Source: Clostridia bacterium (lineage in GTDB: Bacteria; Bacillota; Clostridia; Oscillospirales; CAG-272). From it: a DNA stretch of 64,000 bases. The translations under genes and the position numbers were made by a program. Position 1 is the first letter of the stretch, and each line of letters starts with the position of its first letter. The notes below the pieces were generated by a model. That model worked only from the letters and a program-made list of their open reading frames with translations. It made no database searches and was not told the origin of the DNA. Positions 43,520 to 53,540 of the stretch are shown piece by piece. Location of the stretch: the NCBI GenBank assembly GCA_017545225.1, contig JAFWPR010000004.1, positions 6,115 to 70,114 on the forward strand, read 5' to 3'.

Positions 43520-44614
43520 ATGTCGAAAAAGAAAAAAGAGCAGGCGGCGGAAAAACTGACCGTCGTCGGTGAGATAAATAAATATCGGGGCGTGATCATG
43601 GGCGTCGCCGCCCTTATGATCTTTCTGTTCCATCACTGGACGGTAATAACCCCGTCTGTTTTCCCGAACCATCCGACGCTCGGGTCGATCCCGTATTTTC
43701 TGGTGACACACGGTCACACAGGCGTCGATATATTCTTCCTTCTGTCGGGGATCGGTCTCGTCTGGGCCGCGGACAAGGGCTCGGTCGGACGGTTTTACCT
43801 CAGACGGATAAAGAGGGTCTATATTCCGTTTTTCATTTGCTACGCCGTACTTTTCATCGTTACGGGTCAGCCGTTTTTGCAGTGGATCCGGGTCGTGAGC
43901 GGATTCTCGTTCCTTTTTGAGAGTATGTACTCCGTCTTTTGGTTCGTCCCCGCCATTCTGATCCTCTATCTTCTCTTTCCCCTATACAACTTCCTTCTCA
44001 AAAAGCTTCGTTTTCCCGTCATTGTCACGGCGGTCGTGCTCGCGCTCTGGTATCTCGGGTCGCAGTTCCTTCCGATAAATTATTATTACTTCGGATTTTA
44101 TAACAGGATCCCCGTTTTCCTGATCGGCGTTCTGCTCGGAAGGCTTGAAAAGGACGGCAAATTCCCGAAGTCGAAGCTGTTTTACCTCGCGGGACCCGTC
44201 CTGCTCGCGCTCGGACTGTTTACCACTTACCTTGTCGAAAATAAGGGCGTGCCCCTTCTGGTCACTCTTCCGAACTGCTTTATTCCCGCGCTCTGCCTAG
44301 GGACCGGGACCGTTTTCATCCTCGCTTTCGTCCTCGATTTTCTTCACCGCTTCAGGATCGCGGGGAAGGTCGCCGATCTCATATCCGTCCCGTTTTCGTA
44401 TCTCGGGAAAACGTCCCTTGAGTTTTATCTCGTTCAGATGTTTACCGTACGCGGGATCCTGTATTCCGACCGAGGGATCGTATCCGTGTCTACCGGATCG
44501 ACGCTCGGAAACGATCTTCTGATCCTGATCGCCGCCGTCGGTCTCGCATTCGTTCTCTCGACCGTCTCCGGCCTCGTCTGCCGCCTGATCCCCGAGGGGA
44601 GGAAAAAAGGATGA
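43520..44614 (+). CDS. acyltransferase family 3 protein (membrane O-acyltransferase)
   Basis: The ATG at 43520 (MSKKKKEQAAEK...). About 10 TM helices, with the typical NKYRGVIMGVAALMIFLFH and GVDIFFLLSG motifs. Confidence 0.75.
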   Translation: MSKKKKEQAAEKLTVVGEINKYRGVIMGVAALMIFLFHHWTVITPSVFPNHPTLGSIPYFLVTHGHTGVDIFFLLSGIGLVWAADKGSVGRFYLRRIKRVYIPFFICYAVLFIVTGQPFLQWIRVVSGFSFLFESMYSVFWFVPAILILYLLFPLYNFLLKKLRFPVIVTAVVLALWYLGSQFLPINYYYFGFYNRIPVFLIGVLLGRLEKDGKFPKSKLFYLAGPVLLALGLFTTYLVENKGVPLLVTLPNCFIPALCLGTGTVFILAFVLDFLHRFRIAGKVADLISVPFSYLGKTSLEFYLVQMFTVRGILYSDRGIVSVSTGSTLGNDLLILIAAVGLAFVLSTVSGLVCRLIPEGRKKG

Positions 44615-45360
44615 GCGGGACCGAGTACCGCGGCCTTTCCGCGAACGCCGTCAAGATAATAGCGGCGATCTCGATGACGGTCGATCACGTCGGCGTCCTT
44701 TTGTTCCCGAAGGTCTACGTTCTGCGCATCATCGGGCGGCTCGCCATGCCGCTCTTCGCGTGGTTCATCGCCGAGGGTATGATCAGAACGCGCTCGCCGC
44801 TCAGATATTTTCTGCGCGTTTTCACTCTCGCCGTCGTATGCCAGATACCGTATCTCATCGTCGAGGGTGAGTTTTATCTCGGTATCCTGTTCACTTTTTC
44901 GTGCTCCATCGGGATCATGGCGCTCGTCCGTTTCGTCTTTTATTCGCCGGATAAGGAAAAGACCCGGGAAGACCGGGTCCTCGGCGTCCTCGGCATTGCC
45001 GCCGCGTCCGCGTTTGCGTATTTCCTTTGCAGGTACGTGAAGATCGACTACGGATTTTTTGGGATACTGCTTCCCGTGAGCGCGTATCTGTTCCGCGGAA
45101 AGGGAGCGAGGATGGCGTCGTTCGCCGTCTGCCTGCTCGCGCTGTGCGTATGGGCCGTCATAGGCGAGGGCCCCGCGTCTTTCGCCGATATCCCGCGTCT
45201 CGTTATGACGAGGGAGCCGGAGCCTTTTGCGCTGCTCGCTGTCCCGATCATAGCGCTTTACTCCGGTTACCGCGGGAAGCTCCGGATGAAATACTTCTTT
45301 TATATCTTCTATCCCGCGCACATGCTGATCATTTACGCGATCTCTCTCATTCTGAAATAA
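44611..45360 (+). CDS. TraX family membrane protein
   Basis: KIIAAISMTVDHVG and RLAMPLFAWFIAEG motifs typical of TraX. 249 aa. Confidence 0.7.
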   Translation: MSGTEYRGLSANAVKIIAAISMTVDHVGVLLFPKVYVLRIIGRLAMPLFAWFIAEGMIRTRSPLRYFLRVFTLAVVCQIPYLIVEGEFYLGILFTFSCSIGIMALVRFVFYSPDKEKTREDRVLGVLGIAAASAFAYFLCRYVKIDYGFFGILLPVSAYLFRGKGARMASFAVCLLALCVWAVIGEGPASFADIPRLVMTREPEPFALLAVPIIALYSGYRGKLRMKYFFYIFYPAHMLIIYAISLILK

Positions 45361-46051
45361 GATCGAAAAAGACGACCTCCCGCGGGTTGTTGATCCTCGG
45401 GACGGGCGCTCCGTTTCCGGCTCCGCGGCAGACGAAGAGCCGTCCTCCGTCGTAAAAACCGGACGTGTACTTCGGGAAAAGCCCCTGGCCGGGAGCCAGG
45501 ACGCCCCGTCCGAAAAATCTCCACTGGCCGCCGTGCGCGTGGCCCGACAGAGTGAGGTCGACGGGATATCCTTTTACGAATTTGTCGTAATAATGAGGGT
45601 AGTGGCATAGCAGCAGGCGAAATCCCTTTTCCCGCGAGAAGCGGTCGAGAAATGCGGTATCCGGACCGCCTTTTCGCGGGCTGAGCCCGCCGATAAGTAT
45701 TCCTTTGAACCGAACGAAGGCGTCGTCGAGAGGGACGGCGCCCGTTTTTTCAACGTCGGACGCTGAGACGCCCGAGTCAAGGTCGTGATTGCCGAAACCG
45801 ACAAAGGTCGGAAAGAGTTTCGCCGACATGTAAAGAAACTCAAGACCGACCTCTTTCGTTTTTTTGCTGTGAGAAAAGTCGCCGCAGACGAGGACCGCGT
45901 CGGGAGAACCGTTTTTTATCGCTTCGATCACGGGGCGGCTCGGCGCGCAGTGAAGGTCCGAGACGAGGGCAAAGCGGACGCGGGATGATACGGACGCCTT
46001 TATTTCGTAAACAGGAGTTTCAAGTCCGCCCTTGCCGGATCTTTTATTCAT
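45347..46051 (-). CDS. metallophosphoesterase
   Basis: The ATG at 46051 (MNKRSGKG...) overlaps the upstream stop. Motifs SDLH, CGDF, GNHD and SGHAHGGQ are present. Confidence 0.8.
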   Translation of the reverse strand: MNKRSGKGGLETPVYEIKASVSSRVRFALVSDLHCAPSRPVIEAIKNGSPDAVLVCGDFSHSKKTKEVGLEFLYMSAKLFPTFVGFGNHDLDSGVSASDVEKTGAVPLDDAFVRFKGILIGGLSPRKGGPDTAFLDRFSREKGFRLLLCHYPHYYDKFVKGYPVDLTLSGHAHGGQWRFFGRGVLAPGQGLFPKYTSGFYDGGRLFVCRGAGNGAPVPRINNPREVVFFDLISE

Positions 46052-46404
46052 CGCGAAACGTCCTTCGTGGCGACGACGGGGACGCCGGTGCCCGCCGCGT
46101 CGGGGACGATGACGTCGCCGATCTTCACGGGCAGGGAAGGTCTCGCCGCCTTGATATCGCCGACGACGTCGAAGATCGCCGCCTTCGGCACCGATCCCGC
46201 CGTCTTCACGGGGACGGGAACGCCGTCTTCCGAGAGAGCGGTCGAGGTGACCGTCCTCTTCGGCGCGGTGACCTCTTCCTCGGCGTATTTTTTTCCTATC
46301 GGGCACGTATTACCGGTTACCGATACGGGCACGCCGCCCTCGAGTTCGACCGTAAGATCGCATCCCATGGGGCATCCGATGCATATGAGTTTTACCGTTT
46401 CCAT
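46048..46404 (-). CDS. DUF1667 domain protein (small subunit of the clostridial glycerol-3-phosphate dehydrogenase cluster)
   Basis: METVKLICIGCPMGCDLTVE...TGNTCPIG cysteine pattern. 118 aa. Confidence 0.7.
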   Translation of the reverse strand: METVKLICIGCPMGCDLTVELEGGVPVSVTGNTCPIGKKYAEEEVTAPKRTVTSTALSEDGVPVPVKTAGSVPKAAIFDVVGDIKAARPSLPVKIGDVIVPDAAGTGVPVVATKDVSR

Positions 46405-46405
46405 A

Positions 46406-47668
46406 TCACACCCCCGCGATCGAGACCGTGACGGGACCCGTCACGCCCTCAAGGTCTTTTTTCTTCAGGATCACGTCCTCCATCTCGGAGGGAACGGTGA
46501 TCCTCTTCTTTTTGGACAGTATCGTCTCGCCTCCGGCGGCGACGACTATCTCGCATGACTTGTAAACGTCCCTGACACGGAACCGCAGATGGATAAGATC
46601 GTCGCAGTTTGCGGTATCGACGGTCGAGGGTACGGTGTATCTCACGCCTGCGCCCGGCACGATCTCAATGACGCCGTCCGCCGACTTTTCAGCCGCGCGT
46701 GACAGATATCTCGCGGCGGACGCGCCCGCCCTTTCCGCCTCCTCGGAGACGAAGTCGACGAGGTCGTGAACGTGCAGAACGTTTCCGCATGCGAAGACGC
46801 CCGGAACGTTCGTTTCGAGCCTGTCGTCGACGAAAGGTCCGTTTGTAACGGGGTTGAGCTTCACGCCCGCGGTGAGCGAAAGTTCGTTCTCGGGGATCAG
46901 TCCGCACGACAGAAGGAGAGTGTCGCACTCGACGAACTCCTCCGTCCCCGGAACGGGGGCGCCTGTTTCGTCGACCTCGGCGACGGTGACGCCCTCGAGG
47001 CGGCGCTTTCCTTTTATATCGACGACGGTGTGGGAGAGCAGAAGCGGGATCCCGTAATCGTCGAGGCATTGAACGATATTTCTCTTGAGTCCGCCCGAAT
47101 AAGGCATCAGTTCCGCGACGAGTTTCACCTCGGCGCCCTCGAGCGTCATCCTTCTCGCCATTATCAGCCCGATGTCGCCCGAGCCGAGGATGACGACTTT
47201 TTTGCCCGGAACGAACCCGTCGCAGTTGACGAGCTTCTGTGCGGCGCCGGCGGTGTAGATCCCCTGCGGACGGGTCCCGGGGATGTTCAGCGCCCCGCGC
47301 GGCCGCTCGCGGCAGCCCATCGCGAGGATGACGGCGTCCGCTTCGATCACGTGAAGGCCGCGTGCGCGGCTGACCGCCGTGATCTTTTTGTCTTCCGATA
47401 TCGAAAGGACCATCGTTCCCGTTTCGTATCTTATGCCGAGCTCTTTTACCCGCTCGATGTACCGCCCCGCGTACTCGGGACCGGTGAGTTCTTCCTTGAA
47501 CGTGTGAAGACCGAATCCGTTGTGGATACACTGGTTGAGGATGCCGCCGAGCTCCGTATCGCGCTCGAGGATGACCGTATCGCGGACGCCGGCTTCGTAC
47601 GCGCCGACCGCCGCCGCCATTCCGGCGGGACCCCCGCCGATGATCGCAAGAGATACTTTCTCAGCCAT
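46406..47668 (-). CDS. NAD(P)/FAD-dependent oxidoreductase (pyridine nucleotide-disulfide family)
   Basis: Dinucleotide motifs LAIIGGGPAGMAAA and VVILGSGDIGL. 420 aa. Confidence 0.8.
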   Translation of the reverse strand: MAEKVSLAIIGGGPAGMAAAVGAYEAGVRDTVILERDTELGGILNQCIHNGFGLHTFKEELTGPEYAGRYIERVKELGIRYETGTMVLSISEDKKITAVSRARGLHVIEADAVILAMGCRERPRGALNIPGTRPQGIYTAGAAQKLVNCDGFVPGKKVVILGSGDIGLIMARRMTLEGAEVKLVAELMPYSGGLKRNIVQCLDDYGIPLLLSHTVVDIKGKRRLEGVTVAEVDETGAPVPGTEEFVECDTLLLSCGLIPENELSLTAGVKLNPVTNGPFVDDRLETNVPGVFACGNVLHVHDLVDFVSEEAERAGASAARYLSRAAEKSADGVIEIVPGAGVRYTVPSTVDTANCDDLIHLRFRVRDVYKSCEIVVAAGGETILSKKKRITVPSEMEDVILKKKDLEGVTGPVTVSIAGV

Positions 47669-49073
47669 TCTTCTTCACCTCCCCGTACGGGATCCCGAGT
47701 TCCCTCGAGAGGATCGCGATGACGCGCGGCGAGCAGAAACCCGCCTGGCATCTGCCCATCCCCGCACGGACGCGTCTTTTAACGCCGTCAAGCGTCGTCG
47801 CGCCGAGCGGACGCCTGATCGCGTCGAGGATCTCACCCTCGCTGACGCCCTCGCAGCGGCAGATTATCTGACCGTAATCGGGGTTTTTCTTTATATATTC
47901 AGCGCGTTCTTCGTCGCTCATGTGAGACAGGCGCGGCACGCCCCGCCGTACGGGATCGAAGTTTTCGTTCTCGCTGAGCGACAGCGCGTCGCTTACCATT
48001 TCGGCGACGGCAACGCCTATCGCGGGCGCGGAAGAGAGTCCCGGGGACTCGATCGCCGCCGCCTCGAAAAAGCGCTTGACCTTTTCGTCCTCGCGGATGA
48101 TGAAATCGCCCGTGTCGCCCGTAGCGCGCAGACCCGCGAACGAGGTTATGACGAGTTTGTACGGAATGTTTTTCACGTTGAGCGCGCTCATCTCTTTCAG
48201 CTTCGAGACGCCCGCGCCGGTCGTCGCCGTGTCTTCCGGGTCGTCGACCGCCTCCGCGGTCGGGCCGATCATCAGGTTCCCGTGGACGGTCGGCGTGACG
48301 AGAACGCCCTTGCCCTGCTTCGACGGAGTGCCGAAAACGGTGTGCGAGACGGTCCCGCCCGCGTTCTTGTCGAGGAGGAGATATTCTCCTCTTCTCGGCG
48401 TTATCGTATAGTCGGGCTCGGCGATCATCTCTCTGATCTTCGCGGAGAAAACGCCCGCGCAGTTTACGACCGCGCGCGCGGTATACTCCGCGCCGGACGC
48501 GGTGATGATAAACTTTTCATCTGCGCGTCTGATCGCGGTGACCTCGCTGTTCAGTTTGAAGAAGGCGCCGTTTTTCACGGCGTTCTCGGCATATCCGAGC
48601 GTAAGCTCGAACGGGCAGACAACGCCGGACGACGGGCAGAAGAGCGCGGAAGTCACCTCGTCGGTGAGACCCGGTTCGACGGCTCTCGCCTCGTCTCCGG
48701 AGAGGATCTTCAGGTCCTTCACCCCGTTTTTCTCCCCGCGGGCGAGCAGTTCCCTCACCGTTTCGTCTCCCTCGGCTGAACGGCTGACGACGAGCGCGCC
48801 GATCCGCGAGAACGGAACGTCGAGTTCTTCCGAGACGCGGTCCATCATCGCGTTGCCCATAACGTTGTATTTTGCCTTGAGCGTGCCGGGTTTTGCGTCG
48901 AACCCGCCATGTATGATGGCGCTGTTCGCCTTGCTCGTCCCCTCGCCGACGTCGCTTTCGCGGTCGAGCACGAGAATGCGCGCTCTGCGGCGGGTAAGTT
49001 CCCGCGCGACGGCGCATCCGATCACGCCCGCTCCGATCACGGCGACGTCAAAGATGTTCTCTTTATCGGTCAT
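47661..49073 (-). CDS. FAD-dependent glycerol-3-phosphate dehydrogenase/oxidase with a C-terminal BFD-like [2Fe-2S] domain
   Basis: The ATG at 49073 gives MTDKENIFDVAVIGAGVIGCAVAREL. C-terminal motifs are ICRCEGVSEGE and RAGMGRCQAGFC. Confidence 0.8.
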   Translation of the reverse strand: MTDKENIFDVAVIGAGVIGCAVARELTRRRARILVLDRESDVGEGTSKANSAIIHGGFDAKPGTLKAKYNVMGNAMMDRVSEELDVPFSRIGALVVSRSAEGDETVRELLARGEKNGVKDLKILSGDEARAVEPGLTDEVTSALFCPSSGVVCPFELTLGYAENAVKNGAFFKLNSEVTAIRRADEKFIITASGAEYTARAVVNCAGVFSAKIREMIAEPDYTITPRRGEYLLLDKNAGGTVSHTVFGTPSKQGKGVLVTPTVHGNLMIGPTAEAVDDPEDTATTGAGVSKLKEMSALNVKNIPYKLVITSFAGLRATGDTGDFIIREDEKVKRFFEAAAIESPGLSSAPAIGVAVAEMVSDALSLSENENFDPVRRGVPRLSHMSDEERAEYIKKNPDYGQIICRCEGVSEGEILDAIRRPLGATTLDGVKRRVRAGMGRCQAGFCSPRVIAILSRELGIPYGEVKKNG

Positions 49074-49182
49074 AAAACTCTTTCCTCGCATTGAAAAAGT
49101 ACGTTTTTCGCATATTTTATTATACACTATTATCGGTAAGAAAAAAAGAGGAGAAACGGAAAAAACGGCGAGTTTTGCGCGG

Positions 49183-49211
49183 TTGACATCGGCGGGTGTC
49201 TGCTTTATAAT
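49183..49211 (+). promoter_or_regulatory. consensus promoter (TTGACA-17-TATAAT) for the MMPL gene
   Basis: Plus strand reads TTGACAtcggcgggtgtctgcttTATAAT. Confidence 0.7.
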
Positions 49212-49388
49212 TAACGGTGAAAAAAAGGTCGGAAGGAGGCGGGGGGAACGGATAACAAAAACGGGAGAAGAACCGCCGCGGACGCGCTTCGCCGCACCTC
49301 GGCGTTTATAGTAAACGGCCGTTTCGTCATTATCGCCGTCTTCGCTCTTGCGGCCGTTTTTTGCGTTTTTTCGGCGGGATGGGTCAAC

Positions 49389-51500
49389 GTGAACGCCGAA
49401 CTCACCTCGTATCTGCCTCCGTCGTTCGAGACTCGCCGGGGTCTTTCGATAATGGACGCGGAGTTTCCCGCGACGTTTTCAGCCGATTTTATGGTGAAAG
49501 ACGTGACGAAAGAAGAAGCGCAGTCGATCGCCGACGCGATCGCCGGAACGGATCACGTTCTTGCCTCGGGCTTCGACGGGACCGACAAGACTTTCACCGA
49601 CTCGTCCGCTCTCTTTTCCGTCGTTTTCGACGGACCCGAGGCGGACCCGGGCGTCGCCGCCGCCGTCCGCGCGGTCAGAGCCGCCGCGGAGGGCAGGGAC
49701 CTTTACGAATATTCCGGACTGACGTCCGCGTATTCCGACACTCTCGCGCGCGAGATGATCCCGATCTTTGCGATAGCGGTCGCCGTCATCATAGGCGCGA
49801 TCATATTCACTTCGCGCTCGTATTTTGAGATCGCGCTTTTCGCGGTCGTATTCACCGTCGCGGCCGTTCTCAATATGGGAACGAACTTTATTTTCGGAGA
49901 AATCGGCGCGATCACGAACTCCGTCGCCGTGATCCTCCAGCTCGCGCTTGCGATCGACTACGCGATAATACTCTCGCACCGGTATCAGGACGAGGCTGAA
50001 ACCAAGGGATACGGGAAAGAGGCACTGACGGAAGCGCTCTCACACTCGATCGTCGAGATATCCTCGTCGTGCCTGACGACGGTCGCGGGCCTTCTCGCCC
50101 TGACGCTGATGCAGTTCCGCCTCGGATACGATCTCGGCGTCGTTCTCGCGAAGGGTATACTCTGCAGCATGCTCACAGTTTTTCTGCTTATGCCCGCGCT
50201 CATTTCCCTGACTTCCCGCGCGATAGAGAAAACGCGCCATAAGTCGTTTGTCCCCGATGTCGGACGGTTGGCGCGCTTCCTTGCGAAACGCGGGATCGTC
50301 TTCGCCGTCATTTTCGCCGTTCTGCTCCCGCTCGCCGCGTTTTTCGCGTCGAGGGTCGATTATTCGTTCTCTAACGGCACCGTCGACCCGGTCGTCGGGG
50401 CGAAAGCCGACGGAGGCGGCGTCATCGACTCCGTTTTCGGGTACAGAACGCCGGTTGCGATCTTAGTGCCGGGCGGGGATTATGAAAAGGAAAAGGATCT
50501 TCTTGACCTGATCGGAACGACCGACGGAGTCAGGACCGCCGCGGGTCTGCCGAACGTCGGCGCCGACGGGATATATCTCACCGACGCGGTATCCGCGGAC
50601 GAACTCGCCGCGCTCGCGGGCGTCGACCCGGTTCAGGCGCGCGGGCTGTTCTCCGTTTACGGCAGAGCGAAAGGCGTATCGGGCTCGGACTTCGAAGCGC
50701 CGCTCTGCGATCTGCTCGCGTTTTTCTTCGACAATTTTGAGACGAACGGGGGCGGCGGACGGTTCGACGCCTCGCTGATCAAGTCCGCTCTCGCGCAGTT
50801 CCGCGGCGCTGAACACGACAGGATAGTGCTGACCGTATCTCTCCCCGTCGAGGGGGAGGAGAGTCTCGCTCTGATCGATACGCTTCGCGGGTGCGGCGAC
50901 TCCGTTTACGGAGAAGGTAAAACGGTCGTTATAGGCGATATCACGAGTGCGCGCGACCTCGAGGCATCTTTCAGGGGCGACCGCGTTCTGATCGGGGTAC
51001 TCACCGTCCTGTTCGTTCTGGCCGTTTTGCTGTTTACGTTCAGGTCGGTCGCGGGATCGGTCCTTCTCGTCGCCGTGATCCAGGGAAGTATCTGGCTCGG
51101 ATTTGCCGTCTCGTATTTCACGGGGACGCGCGCCGCGTTCGTCACCGAGATGATAACGACGGCGGTACAGATGGGCGCGACGATCGACTACGCTATCGTC
51201 CTGATGAACAGATACCTCGCGAACCGCGAGTCCCTTCCGAAAAAAGACGCGATGGTCGCGGCGCTTCGTCAGAGTTTTCCGACGGTACTGACGTCGGGCA
51301 CGATAATGACCGCAGCCGGACTGCTCATCGCTTTCGGGATCAGCGACGTCTACGTCGGCCACATCGGCCTCGCCGTAGGGCGGGGGGCGGCGTTTTCCGC
51401 TCTGATCGTTCTCACGGTCCTGCCGCCTATGCTCGTTCTGTTCGACCGTGCGATAATAGGGACGATGTTTTCGAAACGCAGAAACAAGTTCGTGAAATAA
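49389..51500 (+). CDS. MMPL/RND-superfamily efflux transporter (5' end unresolved; coding probably begins upstream, after 49220)
   Basis: 703 aa with two 6-TM bundles and the typical NAELTSYLP motif after TM1. The in-frame region 49221-49388 encodes the expected TM1 (FVIIAVFALAAVFCVFSAGW) but has no ATG/GTG/TTG. Confidence 0.75.
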   Translation: MNAELTSYLPPSFETRRGLSIMDAEFPATFSADFMVKDVTKEEAQSIADAIAGTDHVLASGFDGTDKTFTDSSALFSVVFDGPEADPGVAAAVRAVRAAAEGRDLYEYSGLTSAYSDTLAREMIPIFAIAVAVIIGAIIFTSRSYFEIALFAVVFTVAAVLNMGTNFIFGEIGAITNSVAVILQLALAIDYAIILSHRYQDEAETKGYGKEALTEALSHSIVEISSSCLTTVAGLLALTLMQFRLGYDLGVVLAKGILCSMLTVFLLMPALISLTSRAIEKTRHKSFVPDVGRLARFLAKRGIVFAVIFAVLLPLAAFFASRVDYSFSNGTVDPVVGAKADGGGVIDSVFGYRTPVAILVPGGDYEKEKDLLDLIGTTDGVRTAAGLPNVGADGIYLTDAVSADELAALAGVDPVQARGLFSVYGRAKGVSGSDFEAPLCDLLAFFFDNFETNGGGGRFDASLIKSALAQFRGAEHDRIVLTVSLPVEGEESLALIDTLRGCGDSVYGEGKTVVIGDITSARDLEASFRGDRVLIGVLTVLFVLAVLLFTFRSVAGSVLLVAVIQGSIWLGFAVSYFTGTRAAFVTEMITTAVQMGATIDYAIVLMNRYLANRESLPKKDAMVAALRQSFPTVLTSGTIMTAAGLLIAFGISDVYVGHIGLAVGRGAAFSALIVLTVLPPMLVLFDRAIIGTMFSKRRNKFVK

Positions 51501-51504
51501 AAAA

Positions 51505-51530
51505 AAGGACCGGGGACTTCCCCGGTCCTT
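51505..51530. terminator. bidirectional terminator between the MMPL gene and mscL
   Basis: AAGGACCGGGGActtCCCCGGTCCTT, flanked by an A-run and a T-rich tail. Confidence 0.7.
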
Positions 51531-51538
51531 AGGGATAA

Positions 51539-51979
51539 TTACTCGTTATCCTTTTTGATGATGTCTCTGATCTCGGAGAGGATCTCTTCCGCGGTTTCTT
51601 TCTTTTCTTCTTCTTCCTCTTCAGCAGGCTCTTCTTTCTTGAATTTTTCCTTCACTTTGAGGATTATCTTCAGGAAAATGAAGATGCACAGCGCGATGAG
51701 GATGAAGTCGATGATCGTCTGGATGAACGCGCCGTAGGTAAGAGCCGCCTCGGGAGTCACGACCTCGCCCGCCTCGTCGAGAACTGCGGGAGAGAAGACC
51801 CACTTCAGTTCGCTGACGTTGACGCCGCCGAACAGAAGACCGATGAGGGGCATGATGATGTCGTTCACGAAGCTCGTAACGATCTTACCGAACGCGCCGC
51901 CGATAACGACCGCGACGGCCATGTCTATGACGCTGCCTTTGGAGATGAATTCCTTGAATTCGGTTGCAAACTTTTTCAT
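51539..51979 (-). CDS. mscL: large-conductance mechanosensitive channel
   Basis: [37 protein letters not shown] is the canonical MscL N-terminus. 146 aa. Confidence 0.9.
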   Translation of the reverse strand: MKKFATEFKEFISKGSVIDMAVAVVIGGAFGKIVTSFVNDIIMPLIGLLFGGVNVSELKWVFSPAVLDEAGEVVTPEAALTYGAFIQTIIDFILIALCIFIFLKIILKVKEKFKKEEPAEEEEEEKKETAEEILSEIRDIIKKDNE

Positions 51980-52072
51980 TTTCTGCTCCTTTCATAGATT
52001 ATCCGGGATTTGAGATAATTCTAACATCTGACCCGGTCGTTGTCAATATTAAATTCAGGACGGAGGTACGCC

Positions 52073-52618
52073 ATGATAATCGAACTCGGCGACTTTTTCT
52101 CATCTCAGAAGAGTTCATTTCCGCTCGATCTCTGCTTCTCGCCTGAGGACGGAGCGGACGCGACGGGTATGATCCCCGCGGATCTGATAATTAAAGAGAA
52201 CGGAATCGTTCTCAAAGGCGAGATCAGGAGCGTAGGGGACTATCTGTCCCTCGTCTCTGCCGTCACGGTGAAGTACGGCGCGCTCTGCGATCGGTGTCTG
52301 GAGCCGTTCGACGCGGAGATGACGTTCGAATTCGACCGTCAGATCGTCGCCTCGCAGAAGAGAGGTGACGCGCGTGAGGACGAAGAGGAGGAGCCGCTCG
52401 CGGTCGAGGAGGGAAAGATCGACCTCACGGAGCCGCTTTCCGAGGCGATCGCGCTCGAGGCGCCGACCGTTCATCTTTGCCGCGAGGATTGTCCGGGACT
52501 TTGCCCGACGTGTGGAAAAAAGCGGGACGATCCGACATGCAAATGCTCCGAAAAAAAAGAAATCGATCCGAGATTCGAGATTTTGAAAAAATTACTTGAT
52601 AATTCTTCCGAAGTGTAG
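52073..52618 (+). CDS. YceD family (DUF177) protein
   Basis: C-terminal CREDCPGLCPTCG motif and its position immediately upstream of rpmF. Confidence 0.75.
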   Translation: MIIELGDFFSSQKSSFPLDLCFSPEDGADATGMIPADLIIKENGIVLKGEIRSVGDYLSLVSAVTVKYGALCDRCLEPFDAEMTFEFDRQIVASQKRGDAREDEEEEPLAVEEGKIDLTEPLSEAIALEAPTVHLCREDCPGLCPTCGKKRDDPTCKCSEKKEIDPRFEILKKLLDNSSEV

Positions 52619-52690
52619 TATAATAATCTGTACTCGCGTAAAAATGCGTAAAAAAATGTATTGTGATATATATGGTAGGAGGTGTAGATC

Positions 52691-52876
52691 ATGGCAGTAC
52701 CGAAGGGTAAGGTGTCTAAGGCCCGCAGAGATAAAAGACGTTCAAACGTTTGGAAACTGGGTCTTCCCGGTATGGTAAAATGCTCTCATTGCGGAGAGTA
52801 CAATCTCGCGCACCGCGTTTGCAAGGCTTGCGGATGGTATAACGGAGAGCAGATCATCAACAAGGAAGAGGCGTAA
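52691..52876 (+). CDS. rpmF: 50S ribosomal protein L32
   Basis: MAVPKGKVSKARRDKRRS... with the CxxC...CxxC zinc ribbon. 61 aa. Confidence 0.95.
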   Translation: MAVPKGKVSKARRDKRRSNVWKLGLPGMVKCSHCGEYNLAHRVCKACGWYNGEQIINKEEA

Positions 52877-52891
52877 GACAAGTTATGCCCG

Positions 52892-52931
52892 GACCGTGGC
52901 GTCACTATTTGACGCGGCGGTCTGTTTTTTT
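52892..52931 (+). terminator. intrinsic terminator after rpmF
   Basis: GACCGTGGCGTCActatttGACGCGGCGGTCTGTTTTTTT. Confidence 0.7.
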
Positions 52932-52949
52932 GGGAAAGAAGGCGAGCTG

Positions 52950-53540
52950 ATGAAATATACACCGGAATCGGGCAAAAGCAAGGTGTCGGTCGCTGCGGTG
53001 CTCCTTCTCGTCGCGGCGGCGATAACGTTCATGGTCCCGAATATTCCATCCGTGTCAGCGGCGGTCCCGTCCGGCGTCGTCCAGTTCGTCGCTCTTCTCA
53101 TCGCCGTCGCCGGGATCTTCATCCTCGTGCGGTTCAGATTCGTCACGTTCACTTACGTGCTCGACTTTCGCTCCGACGGGGCGGATCCCGACGCGGTCCG
53201 CGCGTATTCGGCACAGACCGATATATCGCGGATCCCGCGCGATCTGATCGACTTCACCGTTTTCAAGACGCAGGGACAGAGACAACCCGTCGCCGAATGT
53301 ATCCTCGGCGCCGACGAACTCGAGGCTGTGAAGGATTTCCCGGGCCGCCGCGGTATCGTCCGCGAGATGCGGCGCGAATACGGCGCCGTTTCATATTTCG
53401 ACTACACCGCGTCCCCGAGACCGGAGTCCGTCACCGTTCTCGTCTTCTCGGAACCGGACAAAAAGATCGCCGTGGCAATTGAGTGCGACGAAAAAATGAG
53501 GGACGCGCTGATCTCGCTCTCTTCGGGAGGTATTTCTTGA
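52950..53540 (+). CDS. hypothetical membrane protein
   Basis: The ATG at 52950 (MKYTPESGKSKVSVAAVLLLVAAAITFMV...) lies downstream of the rpmF terminator. Two TM helices. No family recognised. Confidence 0.5.
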   Translation: MKYTPESGKSKVSVAAVLLLVAAAITFMVPNIPSVSAAVPSGVVQFVALLIAVAGIFILVRFRFVTFTYVLDFRSDGADPDAVRAYSAQTDISRIPRDLIDFTVFKTQGQRQPVAECILGADELEAVKDFPGRRGIVREMRREYGAVSYFDYTASPRPESVTVLVFSEPDKKIAVAIECDEKMRDALISLSSGGIS

